Assembly: GCA_965649765.1 (NCBI GenBank)
Contig: OZ287756.1
Span: 21,204,001 to 21,268,000 of the forward strand
DNA from: Bispira polyomma
Lineage: Eukaryota
DNA length: 64,000 bases
Direction of reading: 5' to 3'
The notes beneath the pieces were generated by a model. That model ran no database searches. It saw only the letters and a program-made list of their open reading frames with translations, and was not told where the DNA came from. Both the position numbers and the translations under genes were made by a program. Shown in pieces: positions 30,201-42,178 of the stretch. The first letter of the stretch is position 1, and each line of letters opens with the position of its first letter.

Positions 30201-30600
30201 ATTTTTGCCCATTTAGTCGTATCTTCAATTGAATTAATCTTTATGGGGGCCCTGTCGGGTCTACAAAATTTAAATTTGGTGTCAGATAATGCTAAAAAAC
30301 CTTTGGTCTTGTTGGGTAAGTTAATATCCCTATCAATGGTAGCAATTTCTGCAATGCCTTGTATAGCATTTGCATGCTTTTCGACGATAAAGTCGCACGG
30401 TGTAACTATACCTGTTGTATCCACATTTCTCTTTATCTGAGAGGGTAAGACATCGGTACATTCATTGAACAATATGTCAATCACATTAGTTACATAATCT
30501 GTGTAATTCACATAATACTGTTTCATATATGATACATATCTATTATATTCAAACCAAGACTCTTTAGCCTTGTATATATTTTCATCAGTTACATTAGTTA
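27280..30600 (-). mobile_element. Decayed, 5'-truncated Ngaro-type YR retrotransposon (E1), antisense in the channel-gene intron
   Basis: Fragmented RT (FKLDIAHAFRNL, VAFGWVHGS, YINDY), RNase H (VFIDACLTG, VHIEML) and YR (FAFLRMSN, HIFRHSGAT, HRLWRS). The + strand end CAGTTG is identical to the end of E3. Confidence 0.9.
27743..28362. mobile_element. PIF/Harbinger-like MITE inserted in the E1 YR gene
   Basis: TIR tgacctggttacacctacac / gtgtaggggtgaccaggaca; flanks TAA and TAC; internal ctact repeats. Confidence 0.7.
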
Positions 30601-33600
30601 CATAATGACCCCTTCTGGACAGTAATTAATGTGAGTTATACCATTATACTGAACATTGGAAATATTAAACTTACACACAATGGAATTGACATTAAGATAC
30701 ATGAAAATGGTAGAAACATTTACCATTTCATACTGACAGAATATGTAATATTAAACTTACACAAAATCGAATTGACAGTAAGTACATGAAAATGGTAGAA
30801 ACATTTACAATTGTCATGACAGAATATGTAAGCTTCATATTTGTAATACTGGAAATTGTAGTTAAAGATTCAGCATATTAACATAATAGGTATATTTTTC
30901 TGAAAAAATTAATAAGAAACTTAGATATTTGATTTGATTTTGCTTTGGGGTTTAACATCACTTTAAACATATTGCATATGTCATATCATGACAGGCAGTT
31001 TCAGTGCTGGAGGAAACCAGTGCTTATTAGTTGATCAAGATTATACACTGTAAAACAGCGAGCATTGGCAATTAACTACCAAAATTCTTACTTAATGCCA
31101 TGTCCATGAATATGGAGGTGATAGTCAAGTGTGTTAGCACTGCGCCACTGAGGCCCCTGAATATATTGATAAATAAAAAACTATATTTACCTGTGCTGTA
31201 TAAATAAATGATTCAGTTGTTCCCCATATATTTCAGCTTGTGGTTGTGGGACTCGGATATATATTATGTTTCCTAGAATGGAGACGCCACAAGAAGAATT
31301 TCCCAAAGCACCCGGATCAATATATACTCATCAGTACATATCAAAAGAAGTAGTCCACACTAAACAATGCATATTGTTTAACCTTCCAATATGCCAAACA
31401 TTCCAGAGAGGAGGAGAAAGACGTGCAGCACACTGACAACCAAGGCTGCCAAGAAACTACAGATGAAACCAGCATGTCCCAGGTATTTGACAAACAGTGG
31501 AAGAAATTGAATAAGCTGTTGATGGACCTTGTTAAGGCATCAGACAGGCTGGTGCACAAAGATGACAACATGGACAATAACTCCAGTGAACGTAAACAGA
31601 ACGTGTCTGAAAGGCGGCACGTGGCATTAATACTGGACAGATTCTTCTCTATTGTCTACCTTCTGTTAATTATCACCAGCCTTCTGTTTCTTTTTCCAAA
31701 ACCTCCCGGGATTAAATTATAAACCAGTCAGCATTTCTTGTGTTGTCATGACATCTGATAATTGTGATAATTTGTAATAGTACTGATCAGTTTTAGCCAG
31801 GAATTGAAAAAAATGACAGACCAGTTATATTTGGATGATCTATCATATTTTTTGTTTTCAATTATTGGACGAATTGGGTGGTAGAAAAAGTGATGTCACG
31901 AATATCATGGTCATCATAGCAGTGACAAGTTTCATTCAAGATTTAAACAAATGATAGACCAGTTATTTATCAGATGATCTATCGCCTTACAGAAAACAAC
32001 AAATTTTTGTGTTCTATACATATATCAGTGAATTATTGTGATACAATAAGGAGTGTTTACTGATACCAATATTTTAAGAAGCTGCCTTTCTTTACATGTT
32101 CATCAGTTATCGGTTGCAATAAGTAACACTTGATTGCAAAAGTATAATATTGTAGTTTTTAGTGACTTCATGTACAGTGTCCTATGCTGCATAAACTTTA
32201 AAAGTGATTATCAAACTTATTTTACTGCAATACAACTAGTAATAAGGTATTAAAAATATTAACAAATTTGTTGCAAGATTGGGGTCACAAAAATACCCAT
32301 AGATGCATTGCAAATTAAAGCAGTTTTCTAATGAGTGGGTGCACTTAACTCTGTTGATAATGTTATATTTTTGTAACATTAGCAAGAAAAGTTGATCAGA
32401 GCATAGATTTACTGAGCATAGACTTACTGTTATAGTTGTCAATAAATATTTTATCTATATGTAATCACCCATTTGTATTTGTATGACGAAAGATTGTAAT
32501 GTAAGTGAATGTTACAATTTTTTAAGCAATGATTTCAACCATAGCATTTCACTCAATGTTCTATCAGTTAGATTTGTATATAAGTGGCAGAAACTACTTG
32601 CAAAATTATTATCGAAAATAAACTTTAAAGTTCAGTTTGCAGTTTATTCGATAGTTCACAAGCTATTTTCTCAAAACTTTAATATATAGTTAATTTGCAG
32701 TTAATATATTGTAGTCTATACAATGAATGAGTAACAGTAAAAGCAACGTCAAAAGGAAAAGGTTAAAACAGTAACTACTGCCACAACACAAAGACATGGG
32801 TCTAAGTAGGATAATGCAGTGGGCATGGACCAGACAAAACTGGCTGGTGACAACAGCCGATTTTATCAGGCGCAGTTTGATGTTGTTTTCATTCTGAAAA
32901 GGGCTCCACCATCAACAGGGGTGACGCGATCTTTGAAAGAATATGTATGGCCTTTATGGATTGGTTGGAAGCAATCGACCTGTCCAGACTGAGCAGGGGT
33001 CAGATTTATTGTTATTAGGCCAAGCATGCCTGAGTCTGTAGTAGCCATATCACTGTTAATATATTTCACACTTGTGTCTTTTTAAAAAGAACAACTCTAA
33101 CACTCTGAAAAGGGAGCGGCCATGTTCAAATTATATCTGAAGATTGCAAATCTGTAGATGATACTGAACTGAAGGCTCTGTATTTGTATGTCATTTGTCA
33201 CTGAATAGGGTAAACTATATATATTCCTCTAATTTAGAGCCTTCAAAAACGGGTAATATTCAATCCATTTGTTTTATGATGTTGGAATGACCGAATTGCA
33301 AGCTAAGGATTTATATAAGTTAAGTATGACAAAAGTTTTGACAAATATATTGCTAATTCCTCCAAGGATATGTCATATGTATGCAGCCAAAGATTATTTT
33401 CACTGTCATATAAAAATACTTGTTTAAGTAAGAATTAATATCACTTGGGATAATTGTACACTTAATTTTACATTTATACCACTATACCACTATATCACAA
33501 GGCCACCTTGACCTCCCCCCTCATCTTAAATTTGAGGAAGAAGGATAGAACCCCACTAAAGCTTCCTCAACTGTTTCATATCACAAAATCTATCTAATAC

Positions 33601-34206
33601 AATAGCTGTACGTCATATCTACACCTGAAAAACACAGCAATATAAATAAGTGAATTGGGGTAATTAAGTAATATTTGAATGTCAAAATATATTAATGTGA
33701 TGTATAAGAATCATCAATGGATCTGATTATGCTAAATTTGTAGGCATAGCAGAAGAGAAAGTCACTTGGTGACGACAAAAAAAGTTTCCATCTTTAAACT
33801 AAGGAGAGGCAATAGACTTTCTGTTTCTTCTATTAAACCCTCCACGAAGGTGGGATCCAGAACAGTCTTCCAGTCGACCTCACATCATTAGACACACTTA
33901 TCGGTTTCATGGAAAAGCTTAAAACCTATCTTCTCAACCTGGCCTTCTCACTGTAATTTCCCTCCTGTACACCCCCAAATCCTTACATGCAACTTTGCTA
34001 TGTCCATGGATCACACGATTGAATCACTGATTCTGCTATTGCGCTTTAGAAGATGCCTAGCATAATAATAATAATAATAAGTGACTGTTTCCTCTGTAAA
34101 AACCCCTAAGAGGGCTGGATCTAGAACTTTCTCAATCACTGCCCCTGTGTTACGCAATAGTCTCTGAGTTGACCTTAGAAACATTTTCTTTCTCTTCAAC
34201 TCACTT

Positions 34207-35511
34207 CCCAGCGAGCAAAAGGATGTCTATATGATGTCTAAATGACGTACCACCCCGATGTCTAACTGACATCTTTTTTAGGCTGGATTTGAAAGTTGGA
34301 ATGACATCATGCTTCTGTCATCAAATGACATTAGAAATATGATGTCATTTAGACGTAACATATATGACATTATTCGAACTTTCAAATCCAACCAATAAAT
34401 GAGGAGTATGTGAGAGAAACAGGGGGAGGGGTACTCAGAGGGGGGCAGGGGTAGACAGCATATTTTAGCAACTGCCTTTACCCTTTCACATTTAACCTCA
34501 CCAAAGTGGTGCATACATTTCAGGTGGACAAGGTGTGTAGGAAATATGTCTGATATATAACTAATATAATATAGTATAACTTATGGTTGTCAATGTCTGA
34601 ATAATTAAGCTGTGTTATGCTTTAGATAATTTTTTTAACTCATGTTCATGCATTCTATATTTGTGGGACCCACATATATATATATTTATTATACCTCGGT
34701 GGCGAATCTAGCAATCCTATTGGCCTAAATGCGATCACATGACATACCATATTTCCCGATATGGCCCGGGAGTCAGGGGTCATATCATTGCAGCGGGCCA
34801 TATTACTTGTAAAGTTTAGCAAGCACCATTGGCGGTTATTTGTGTTTTCATACAAGGGATATTAAAAATTTATAGTTTAACACACAATTAAACAAATGTA
34901 GATACATTATATTGAATTTGCTGTTAAACGTTCTTGATACACCGGTGTCTTCTTCTGCCGTGGTTAAATTGTTGATATACTCCTCACGGGAGTTAGGGGC
35001 GCTACTAAACCTCGGAGCTCCGCAAAAATAGACGTCGGGACCAAAATTCCTTATTTAAAGACTATCTTTATTCAAAAACTTAAAAATGCTTCGGTATAAT
35101 AAATCCTTGGTCAGCCCAACCTCAGTGCATATTTCCCAGTTTTGCCCTCACAAACAGCTCATATTCTGTAAATATATATATGCTGCCCATTTAAGACCCA
35201 CATAATCATATTTGCTGTGTACCTGCTGGGCCATTACAAAAATGACCATTCCCACAATTCTCTTCTACATGAATTTATATGAGGAATGTCGTAACATAAT
35301 AATGCCGTCTAAAAATATGTCAGATAGTGTACATCATAATGACATCATAGTGACATCTAAATATATGTCAGATAGTGTGCATTATAATGATGTCTTAATG
35401 ATGTCTAAATATATGATCAATACATTGTGATGTCAAACTGACGTCGAAATGATGGTATGTCCATTTTTAGACTAAAATTTGATATCAAAAAGACGTTGAG
35501 TGCCTACTGGG
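34207..35511. mobile_element. Non-autonomous CMC/EnSpm-like DNA transposon
   Basis: CCCAG...CTGGG termini, 2-bp TT duplication (the empty site in copy A at 10659-10660 has a single TT), subterminal gatgtc/gacatc repeats. Confidence 0.75.
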
Positions 35512-37284
35512 TTATACCCTTTAATTTCCTCATTGTACACCCTCACATCCTTCCTTTTGACCTGGCTATGTTTTTAGGACTTCCCTATTGTTAAATGATT
35601 CTGTTGTTGTATTTTAGAAAATGCCTTGCATAAAAAGGTGCATTAAAATGCAAATAAAATGCGAAATACAATATGAACTAACTAAGTATATAAATAAGTT
35701 TTTCTTCATTTAACTTGTTCCTTGCGAGGACTGTAAGCAATCAAGCCTTTGTCACATATATGTGACACTAAAGTAACCTCTTTTTCATTCTACCTTTAGT
35801 CCTTATTTGAAGATAAAAACCAATGAGATATACATTATTCTGTGTCCTTGCTGATCCTGTTTTATAGTAATAAGGGTCAACATTTAATACGGCTTAGTCT
35901 TATCTTGTGTTCCAGGTTTCCTGTTGTAGCATTCTGTAGTAATGTCCTCCACATGGCTTGTATTTATCCCAATAACCTCTCATAAAACATGTTAATGTTA
36001 TTTGACCATGTAGAGTCATTTGCCACTTAAGCTACAACACTTTTATACATTATTATAACCTATACTGGCCAGGTTTTTTCTCCCATATGTTTAGATGTCA
36101 TTCGCATGGGGAGACTAATTTTAAAAATTCTTCAGTTTGTGAGATATATTTTATAAAAAAGACTTCATTAAAGTTATTTGTGCAAAAATTATAGTAAATG
36201 CTATGTATGGACAGATGTAAATTTTTTATTTTCATCTGCTTGACTTGGAAATTAACCCAAAACTTTTCATTTAAAAACTGCTAGCTACTATTCAACATGA
36301 AAGACACAATGTTTAAGTGAACATTTTCAACAGGCATTAATTTTGGCTATTTTTTTGCAAATATGTTGAACATTTTTAAAGATTTGAACTTGTATTCATT
36401 ATATTTCCAAACACTATCCACTTATGAAAGCTGAAACATATAACAGATACAACCTTATTGAGGATAATGTAATATATGCCCGGAGCCAACTTACATTATC
36501 ATTCTCCGTCTAGACCAATGGGTCATGGTGGCTGACCCCAGGTATTATATCATTTTTGACCCTGATGGGTCATTGCAGTTAGGTGCCTTAATCGGCTGAT
36601 ACTTTAAATGTGGTATTTACTGATGTGTGATGTACTTGAAATGAGGAAGTCAGATGCAGGTTTGGGAGTTTATTTTAAAAGCCTTCTATTTACAGCTGTA
36701 CAGAATTTTAAAAGTTACATTTTAAAACATGCCATATCTAAAGAGATTAATAACCTCAGAATGTGTATATAAAAACAACCCATAGTCACAACTTTACCCT
36801 ACAATAAAGGGTGGTGGGCGGGGAAGAAAATTATATATGTTTACTGTTTGGTTTCAAGCTTAAAAGTGAACACACAAAGAAAAGGCGGCAAAAGCCTCCA
36901 GTAAACACCTTACTGATACATGATTCTGATTGGCGTTTACATAAATAAACAAACAGGTAACCAATCCATACAGTAAACTACAGAAAATAAGAATACAGTA
37001 ATGTCTTAATTATAAGGACTGAAGGGCCATGTTAATAAATTCGCAGTGACGTCTACAGTCCTTTATAATAAGCTAAGAGTCATAATTGACCCCAATGGGT
37101 CATGGTGGCTGACCCCAGGTATTATATCATTTTTGACCCTGATGGGTCATTGCAGTTAGGTGCCTTATTCGACTGATACTTTAAATGTGGTATTTACTGA
37201 TGTGTGATGTACTTGAAATGAGGAAGTCAGATGCAGGTTTGGGAGTTTATTTTAAAAGCCTTCTATTTACAGCTGTACAGAATT

Positions 37285-38285
37285 TTAAAAGTTACATTTT
37301 AAAACATGCCAAAGCCAAAAAAGCTTAAATAGAGGGGGGATGATGGCAGCAAAAGTAGAAGGAATAATGGATGCTGCATGTGAAGCTGATTCTAAGTAGG
37401 CCCAAACCGCATCTGACTTCCAACATCCATGTTTTTGAATGTCTTGAAGTTTTATGTTCTGATTGAATGCTAGGGAGGCTCCTGATCGACGGAAGCAGTG
37501 AAAAGAATGACCTTGTAATGGGATCTTTAGAAAAGAAAGGATTTGCCTCAGTACTCCTCTGAGTTTTGTGTCTGTTATGCATTTACCACTTGATTGTGGA
37601 TCAGCTAATAAAGGAAATGCTGGAGGTAACTTGTATGATCTAAACAGGGACGAAACAGCTTCCAAGGGTTTTGAAGTTTTGGTAGTTGTATGATGTTGGG
37701 TGATGTTCTGTTTTGATTAGTTTTTGACCATTTAAGAATGAGATGAATGCCAGGAGCAAAAATGATGTCTGAACTGGAAAGGTGTCTGGTGGGGTCAAAA
37801 GGTTGACCAGATGAAGGGGTGAGGTTGGATATTCTTAAAAATCCGAAGTAAGCTATGAGAAAAGCAGCCCTGTATAGCTCAGGGAAGTCCAGTTGAGAGC
37901 ATGCCTTAGAAATGTTCTGTAATTGCTGGAGGTCAAATATACCTTTGATCTTAGGTGTGAAAGGTGTTGTGATTTCAAGAGATCTAGCGTATAGTGAGAT
38001 CCAGGCATCATAAATATCAGTGTGCTGTATGTTCAGCAATTTGCAATTATGTCTAATTGCTGATAGATAATTGTTTATGGATTTAGGAGAGATGTTTGAG
38101 TGATGGATAAATTCTAGAAAAGATATAATGGTACTGAAGCTGAAAACTTCAGTGATTTGGAAGTATGTCACAAACGAGAGATATAGTCTAAACTGTCTGT
38201 CATACATCTTCTGTCCTGGGTCTATGGCTGTCTGTCATTCTCTGTACTGCTTGTAGTAGTAACGGTCTAACAGAAGGTGAAGTAC
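37285..38285 (-). pseudogene. E2 tyrosine recombinase (frameshifted; ORFs 37605-38207 and 37285-37665)
   Basis: FGFLRISN, KWSKT, HCFRRSGAS, HGCWKS, VWAYL supply the R-K-HxxR-W-Y catalytic set. Confidence 0.9.
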
Positions 38286-40266
38286 CTACAATTAGAAGGT
38301 ATTGTCCATTAAAAACGTCGAGTGTGATCTCATGGTCTTTAAAATTTCTTAGTATTATTTCTTTACTAAGTTCATTGTGATGTCCTATGTCGTACCACCT
38401 AGATAGTGTGTCTGCCAGGACATTGTCCTTGCCCCTTATGTGGTCAATGTCAAGTTCAATGTTAAGTGTTGCGCATATAAGCCATAAATTTCTGATGCAT
38501 AAAGCGAGGTAGCTATCTCTTGTTCTTGAAGACTGCACGACAGAAACCACTGCTGAATTACCTGATTTTACTTTAACCTTTTTGTCTCGCAGTTCTGTTC
38601 CCCATAACTTTAATCCTATTAACACACCCAACATTTCAAAGTGTACGATAGATAAATCGCTTGTAATAAATATGGGTATAGGAGTTTTAAACACATTAGT
38701 GTTATATGCACCCCCTATCCCGGTAAGGCAAGCGTCTACATATATTATTGCTTCGTCTTCTCTATTATTGCTACTATATTTAGATGTGCAGGTAAATTGA
38801 TGAAGGAATGTCAAAAACCAATTGAGGTCTTTTCGGAAGTCGCTTGTGAGAGTGATCCATTTGCTACTTGTCGAATTACGTAATAGTGACAACATGCGGT
38901 TCATAAATACTCGAGAGGGTTTAATAACCCTGTGTACATACAGGAGCTTTCCTAAAAGTGATTGGTATTTGTTTTTTCTTACTCGTTTTAAAGTTGTAAA
39001 CTCTGCACAAGTTTCTATTATGGTTTTCATCTTTTCGTCGTCTATACTAAGAGTTTTGTTATCGATGTCAATTGTGATGCCCATACATGTCACCTTTTTA
39101 CTGGGGGCCACGAGTTTGTTTCTATTTATAGGAAGTCCTAGATCATCGAGTACTCGCTGGAAAGTATTATAGGCTAAGGTAGCCTTATCTTCACTTTCGC
39201 AAATGATAAAATCATCGATGTAGTTGTACACACAAAAGCATTTTTGTTTTAAAATATGGGTGACTGTGTCAGAAACCTTCATAAATATAGAACTGCCATG
39301 TGTGAGGCCGAATGTTAAACTAAGATCGATGTAATATTTGTTATCCCAATAATAACCATGTTTCAGACAATCCCATGGGTCAAATCGAATATTTCTAAAC
39401 GCGTTTTTTATGTCTACCTTTGCTAACGTAGCCTTGTCACCTAGACTGAGTAGCGTTGTCGTAATTTGGTCTATTGTTGGTAGTTTCAATGTGAAATCTA
39501 TGTCGTCATATTTATTCCAGTCGTTTACAGAGGAGCCCTCAGGGTGTGAAAGATTTAAAATTAACCTTCTCTGGTTATTATCTTGTAGGCGGGTTAAAAG
39601 GGGAGAACAATGAAATTCAGTGTCTATTGGTTCTTTAATGGGGCCAATAATTGTACCCTTACTTGTTTCCTCTGTGAAATATTTATAAATTTTTGTTGGG
39701 TATATAACAGCTGAATGATGGTTTTTAATGACTTTAGTATTTAGTTTACTTCTGTCATATAGGGATATTGGGAACCCGAATTCGATGTAATCTAATATGG
39801 ACTTATCTTCATGATCTCTTAAGTAGTCTTTCCAACTGTCCACATTAAGGTTAGACTTAACTGGGATTCTAGCCATCTTATAGTTGGGTAATCCTGTCGA
39901 CTTAATAATGTCAGTCACTTGTATTAGTTTGTCATACGAGTTAATTTCTACAGGTTCCCTTGTAGGGCCAACAAATTGTTCATACTTATTGTTATGCCCT
40001 ATAAAACCAAATGTCTTGTTTTCTATCTGGTTTTCATGTCGAGTGTCTGTTTCATTGTGGTCGTCCTGGTTCAAGGTCAGTAAACTAACAATGACTTGAT
40101 GATGTGTATCTCGTGTTGTGGGATTGTTTGTTTTGTTTTCTCTAATTGTTATTGTTTCACTTTTGTGTAACGTGTCATTCTGTTGTTTTAACAATTGTGA
40201 GTTGTTGTTTTGTTGTGTGTGTTTTGTGTGTGTTTTATTTGTGATTGTATTCCGTGTCAAAGCCAT
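38200..40266 (-). CDS. E2 reverse transcriptase / RNase H ORF (3' end slips into the YR frame)
   Basis: FHCSPL, AKVDIKNAFRN, LTFGLTHGS, YIDDF, IYVDACLTG, VHFEML, HIRGKDNVLADTLSR. Confidence 0.9.
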   Translation of the reverse strand: MALTRNTITNKTHTKHTQQNNNSQLLKQQNDTLHKSETITIRENKTNNPTTRDTHHQVIVSLLTLNQDDHNETDTRHENQIENKTFGFIGHNNKYEQFVGPTREPVEINSYDKLIQVTDIIKSTGLPNYKMARIPVKSNLNVDSWKDYLRDHEDKSILDYIEFGFPISLYDRSKLNTKVIKNHHSAVIYPTKIYKYFTEETSKGTIIGPIKEPIDTEFHCSPLLTRLQDNNQRRLILNLSHPEGSSVNDWNKYDDIDFTLKLPTIDQITTTLLSLGDKATLAKVDIKNAFRNIRFDPWDCLKHGYYWDNKYYIDLSLTFGLTHGSSIFMKVSDTVTHILKQKCFCVYNYIDDFIICESEDKATLAYNTFQRVLDDLGLPINRNKLVAPSKKVTCMGITIDIDNKTLSIDDEKMKTIIETCAEFTTLKRVRKNKYQSLLGKLLYVHRVIKPSRVFMNRMLSLLRNSTSSKWITLTSDFRKDLNWFLTFLHQFTCTSKYSSNNREDEAIIYVDACLTGIGGAYNTNVFKTPIPIFITSDLSIVHFEMLGVLIGLKLWGTELRDKKVKVKSGNSAVVSVVQSSRTRDSYLALCIRNLWLICATLNIELDIDHIRGKDNVLADTLSRWYDIGHHNELSKEIILRNFKDHEITLDVFNGQYLLIVGTSPSVRPLLLQAVQRMTDSHRPRTEDV

Positions 40267-41075
40267 ACTCTTGTTATCTCATCAATTATGTTGATGTAGT
40301 AATTAGCATGGCTTACTTTGGTTCGTTTGTGTACTTTGGTCTTAATTTGGTTTCGTGCTTTTGTACTTGTATGTTTTTTGTATGATTTTCCGCGTATGGT
40401 GGTTGAGTGTGTATATTGTACAGGCCATATTTGTGATATGGTCTGTGAAGTTTTATTCCACCAGACGTTTTCACTGTCTGTAATCTGTCTATACACCCCA
40501 GATATAGAAGGTTCTTTTGCACAACTTATATAAAATAATTCATTGGAACCATTCATAATACAGTCTGACCTACCATATACGTCTACATTATAATATAACA
40601 TATTATCTATAGTGTTAGTACATGCAGGTAGTTGGTTAGACATTTGGTCAGACATTTTCTATACACACAAACCATTACACCTCAGTTTGTTATTAATTGC
40701 TGTGTTAAGCTGTCTATTTTGTCCATAATTTACCTCTATGTCCCTTCTCTGGGGACAATGCACATTCTCAAACTTATCTACTTCTACTATATTAACATTG
40801 TTCTCAACGTCTGTCCCTAACTTTTCACTATTCACCACGTGTTCCACTATTGTATTCACATTATTACTATGTTCTTCACTATCGCACACCTGGAAATGTA
40901 TGTCTGGACTGGTCATCATATCACTTTTAAATACACTCTCATTGTTCGTCCCTAGTTGAAACTATTGTTACATATAATGTACTCTATGGTGTTTCAAATT
41001 AACATTATGTTTGCCTATATTCACACTAATATCAGGACTGGTTGTAGCAGTGGGTTCTGTCGGCAGCTCGTGGTC

Positions 41076-42178
41076 CTATTGAGGGGTTGTAGTAGGTGTT
41101 GGTTTTCCATGTACCTTGTAACACCGACTTTCGGGATGGGGATTTGCTCTTTTGTTCATCTTGTAACAGTGTACGCATATATGACGGTATGTCATGGAGC
41201 CATTCTCGTGATCAGCCTTATGTTGACATGTGTTCTTCTGGAAGTGTTTACACGGACACTCGTTTTTGTTATTATCGGAATTGGTGGTGGTAGAATGAGA
41301 GATGAGAGCTTGGGAGTATGAGAGACGATTCATGTTCCATCTCGCCTCGTCATCCCAGGTTAACCGACCCTCCTCGATGTCATGCATATTGTGGGCGTAC
41401 GCGCCCTAGGCTACTTGCCATGATATGTTGTTCGCGTCTCTTAATGTATCCCCCAGCTGCTGTAGCATTGCTCGAGATGTTATAGGGTTCTGTGTTTCTA
41501 GAATATTGCGAATTTGTCCCGCGGCGAACTGTGAAACAGTTAAATCATGTGAAGCTTACCCTGTAGTTGGTCTCCTGTTGCCCAGGCCTCATACTGAGCA
41601 AGTCGTCAGTTCCCTTCTGTCTGTATAATGGAAGAGTGCCTTAAAACATCAGTGGTGGGTAGGATTAGATCACCTGCGGCGTCCCGTGATGTGTTGTTCT
41701 GGGGGGTCGCGTGTGAGAGACCCTGTGTGGGGAGATTATAGGGGTAAGACACATCCCCTGGAAACGTGGTGGGCTGCTGGATACCCTGTAGAAAATTATG
41801 TGTTGTTGACGTTGTACGTCTTGGAGCTGGAGTGGGTTTCGGACGCTGTGTTTCTGCCGCTTGTCTGTGACTGAACTGAGGGTTTTGTAGAGTGAAAGGG
41901 GTGTTGTGATACTCAACACTTGGTGGCTTATTATTGGCAGTCTTTATTTCGGACACATCCTGTTCTAGTTTAGAAACTGTTGTGAGTAACGAGTCCATCA
42001 TGGTTTGTTGTTGTTTAAAGAAATCATGATAAATGTCGTTATTACTCACACTAGTCGTTGAGTCGGAAGGTAGATTTTCTGCTCCTTCTATTATAGATTC
42101 ATTGTCTGTGTCTTGGTTTTCTTCAATGTCTGTACTGATGGTCATATCCTGTAGTTGGCGTGTACACCTGTTACCCAC
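41076..42178 (-). pseudogene. E2 gag-like ORF, disrupted
   Basis: ORFs 41606-42178 and 41076-41387 are homologous to E3 gag (EEGRLTWDD; C-terminal CKHFQKNTC..H..HICVHC..H..C zinc knuckles). Confidence 0.85.

Larger units (their letters stand above)
26191..31722 (+). pseudogene. 3' half of a Cys-loop ligand-gated ion channel (nicotinic acetylcholine receptor-like subunit) pseudogene
   Basis: Exon ~26191-26476 encodes IDLSTF..SCEWKI..ERKLVFPSYILTLP..LTMVVFWLPADRPDRTGL, then GTGAGT (end of ligand-binding domain plus M1). Exon 27138-27223 encodes MSLF/SFLVLLLILVEAAPPTASSVPILG, then GTAAGT (M2; 1-bp frameshift, acceptor reads TG). The last exon 31237-31722 follows TTTCAG, has an in-frame TAG at 31351 and encodes M4 'RHVALILDRFFSIVYLLLIITSLLFLFP'. 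The M3 exon and upstream exons were not found. Confidence 0.85.

Noticed and set aside
38582-41874. Plus-strand ORFs overlapping E2 (and similar antisense ORFs in E1, E3 and E4)
   Set aside because: They are antisense shadows of TE coding frames with no motifs and are not conserved between elements.
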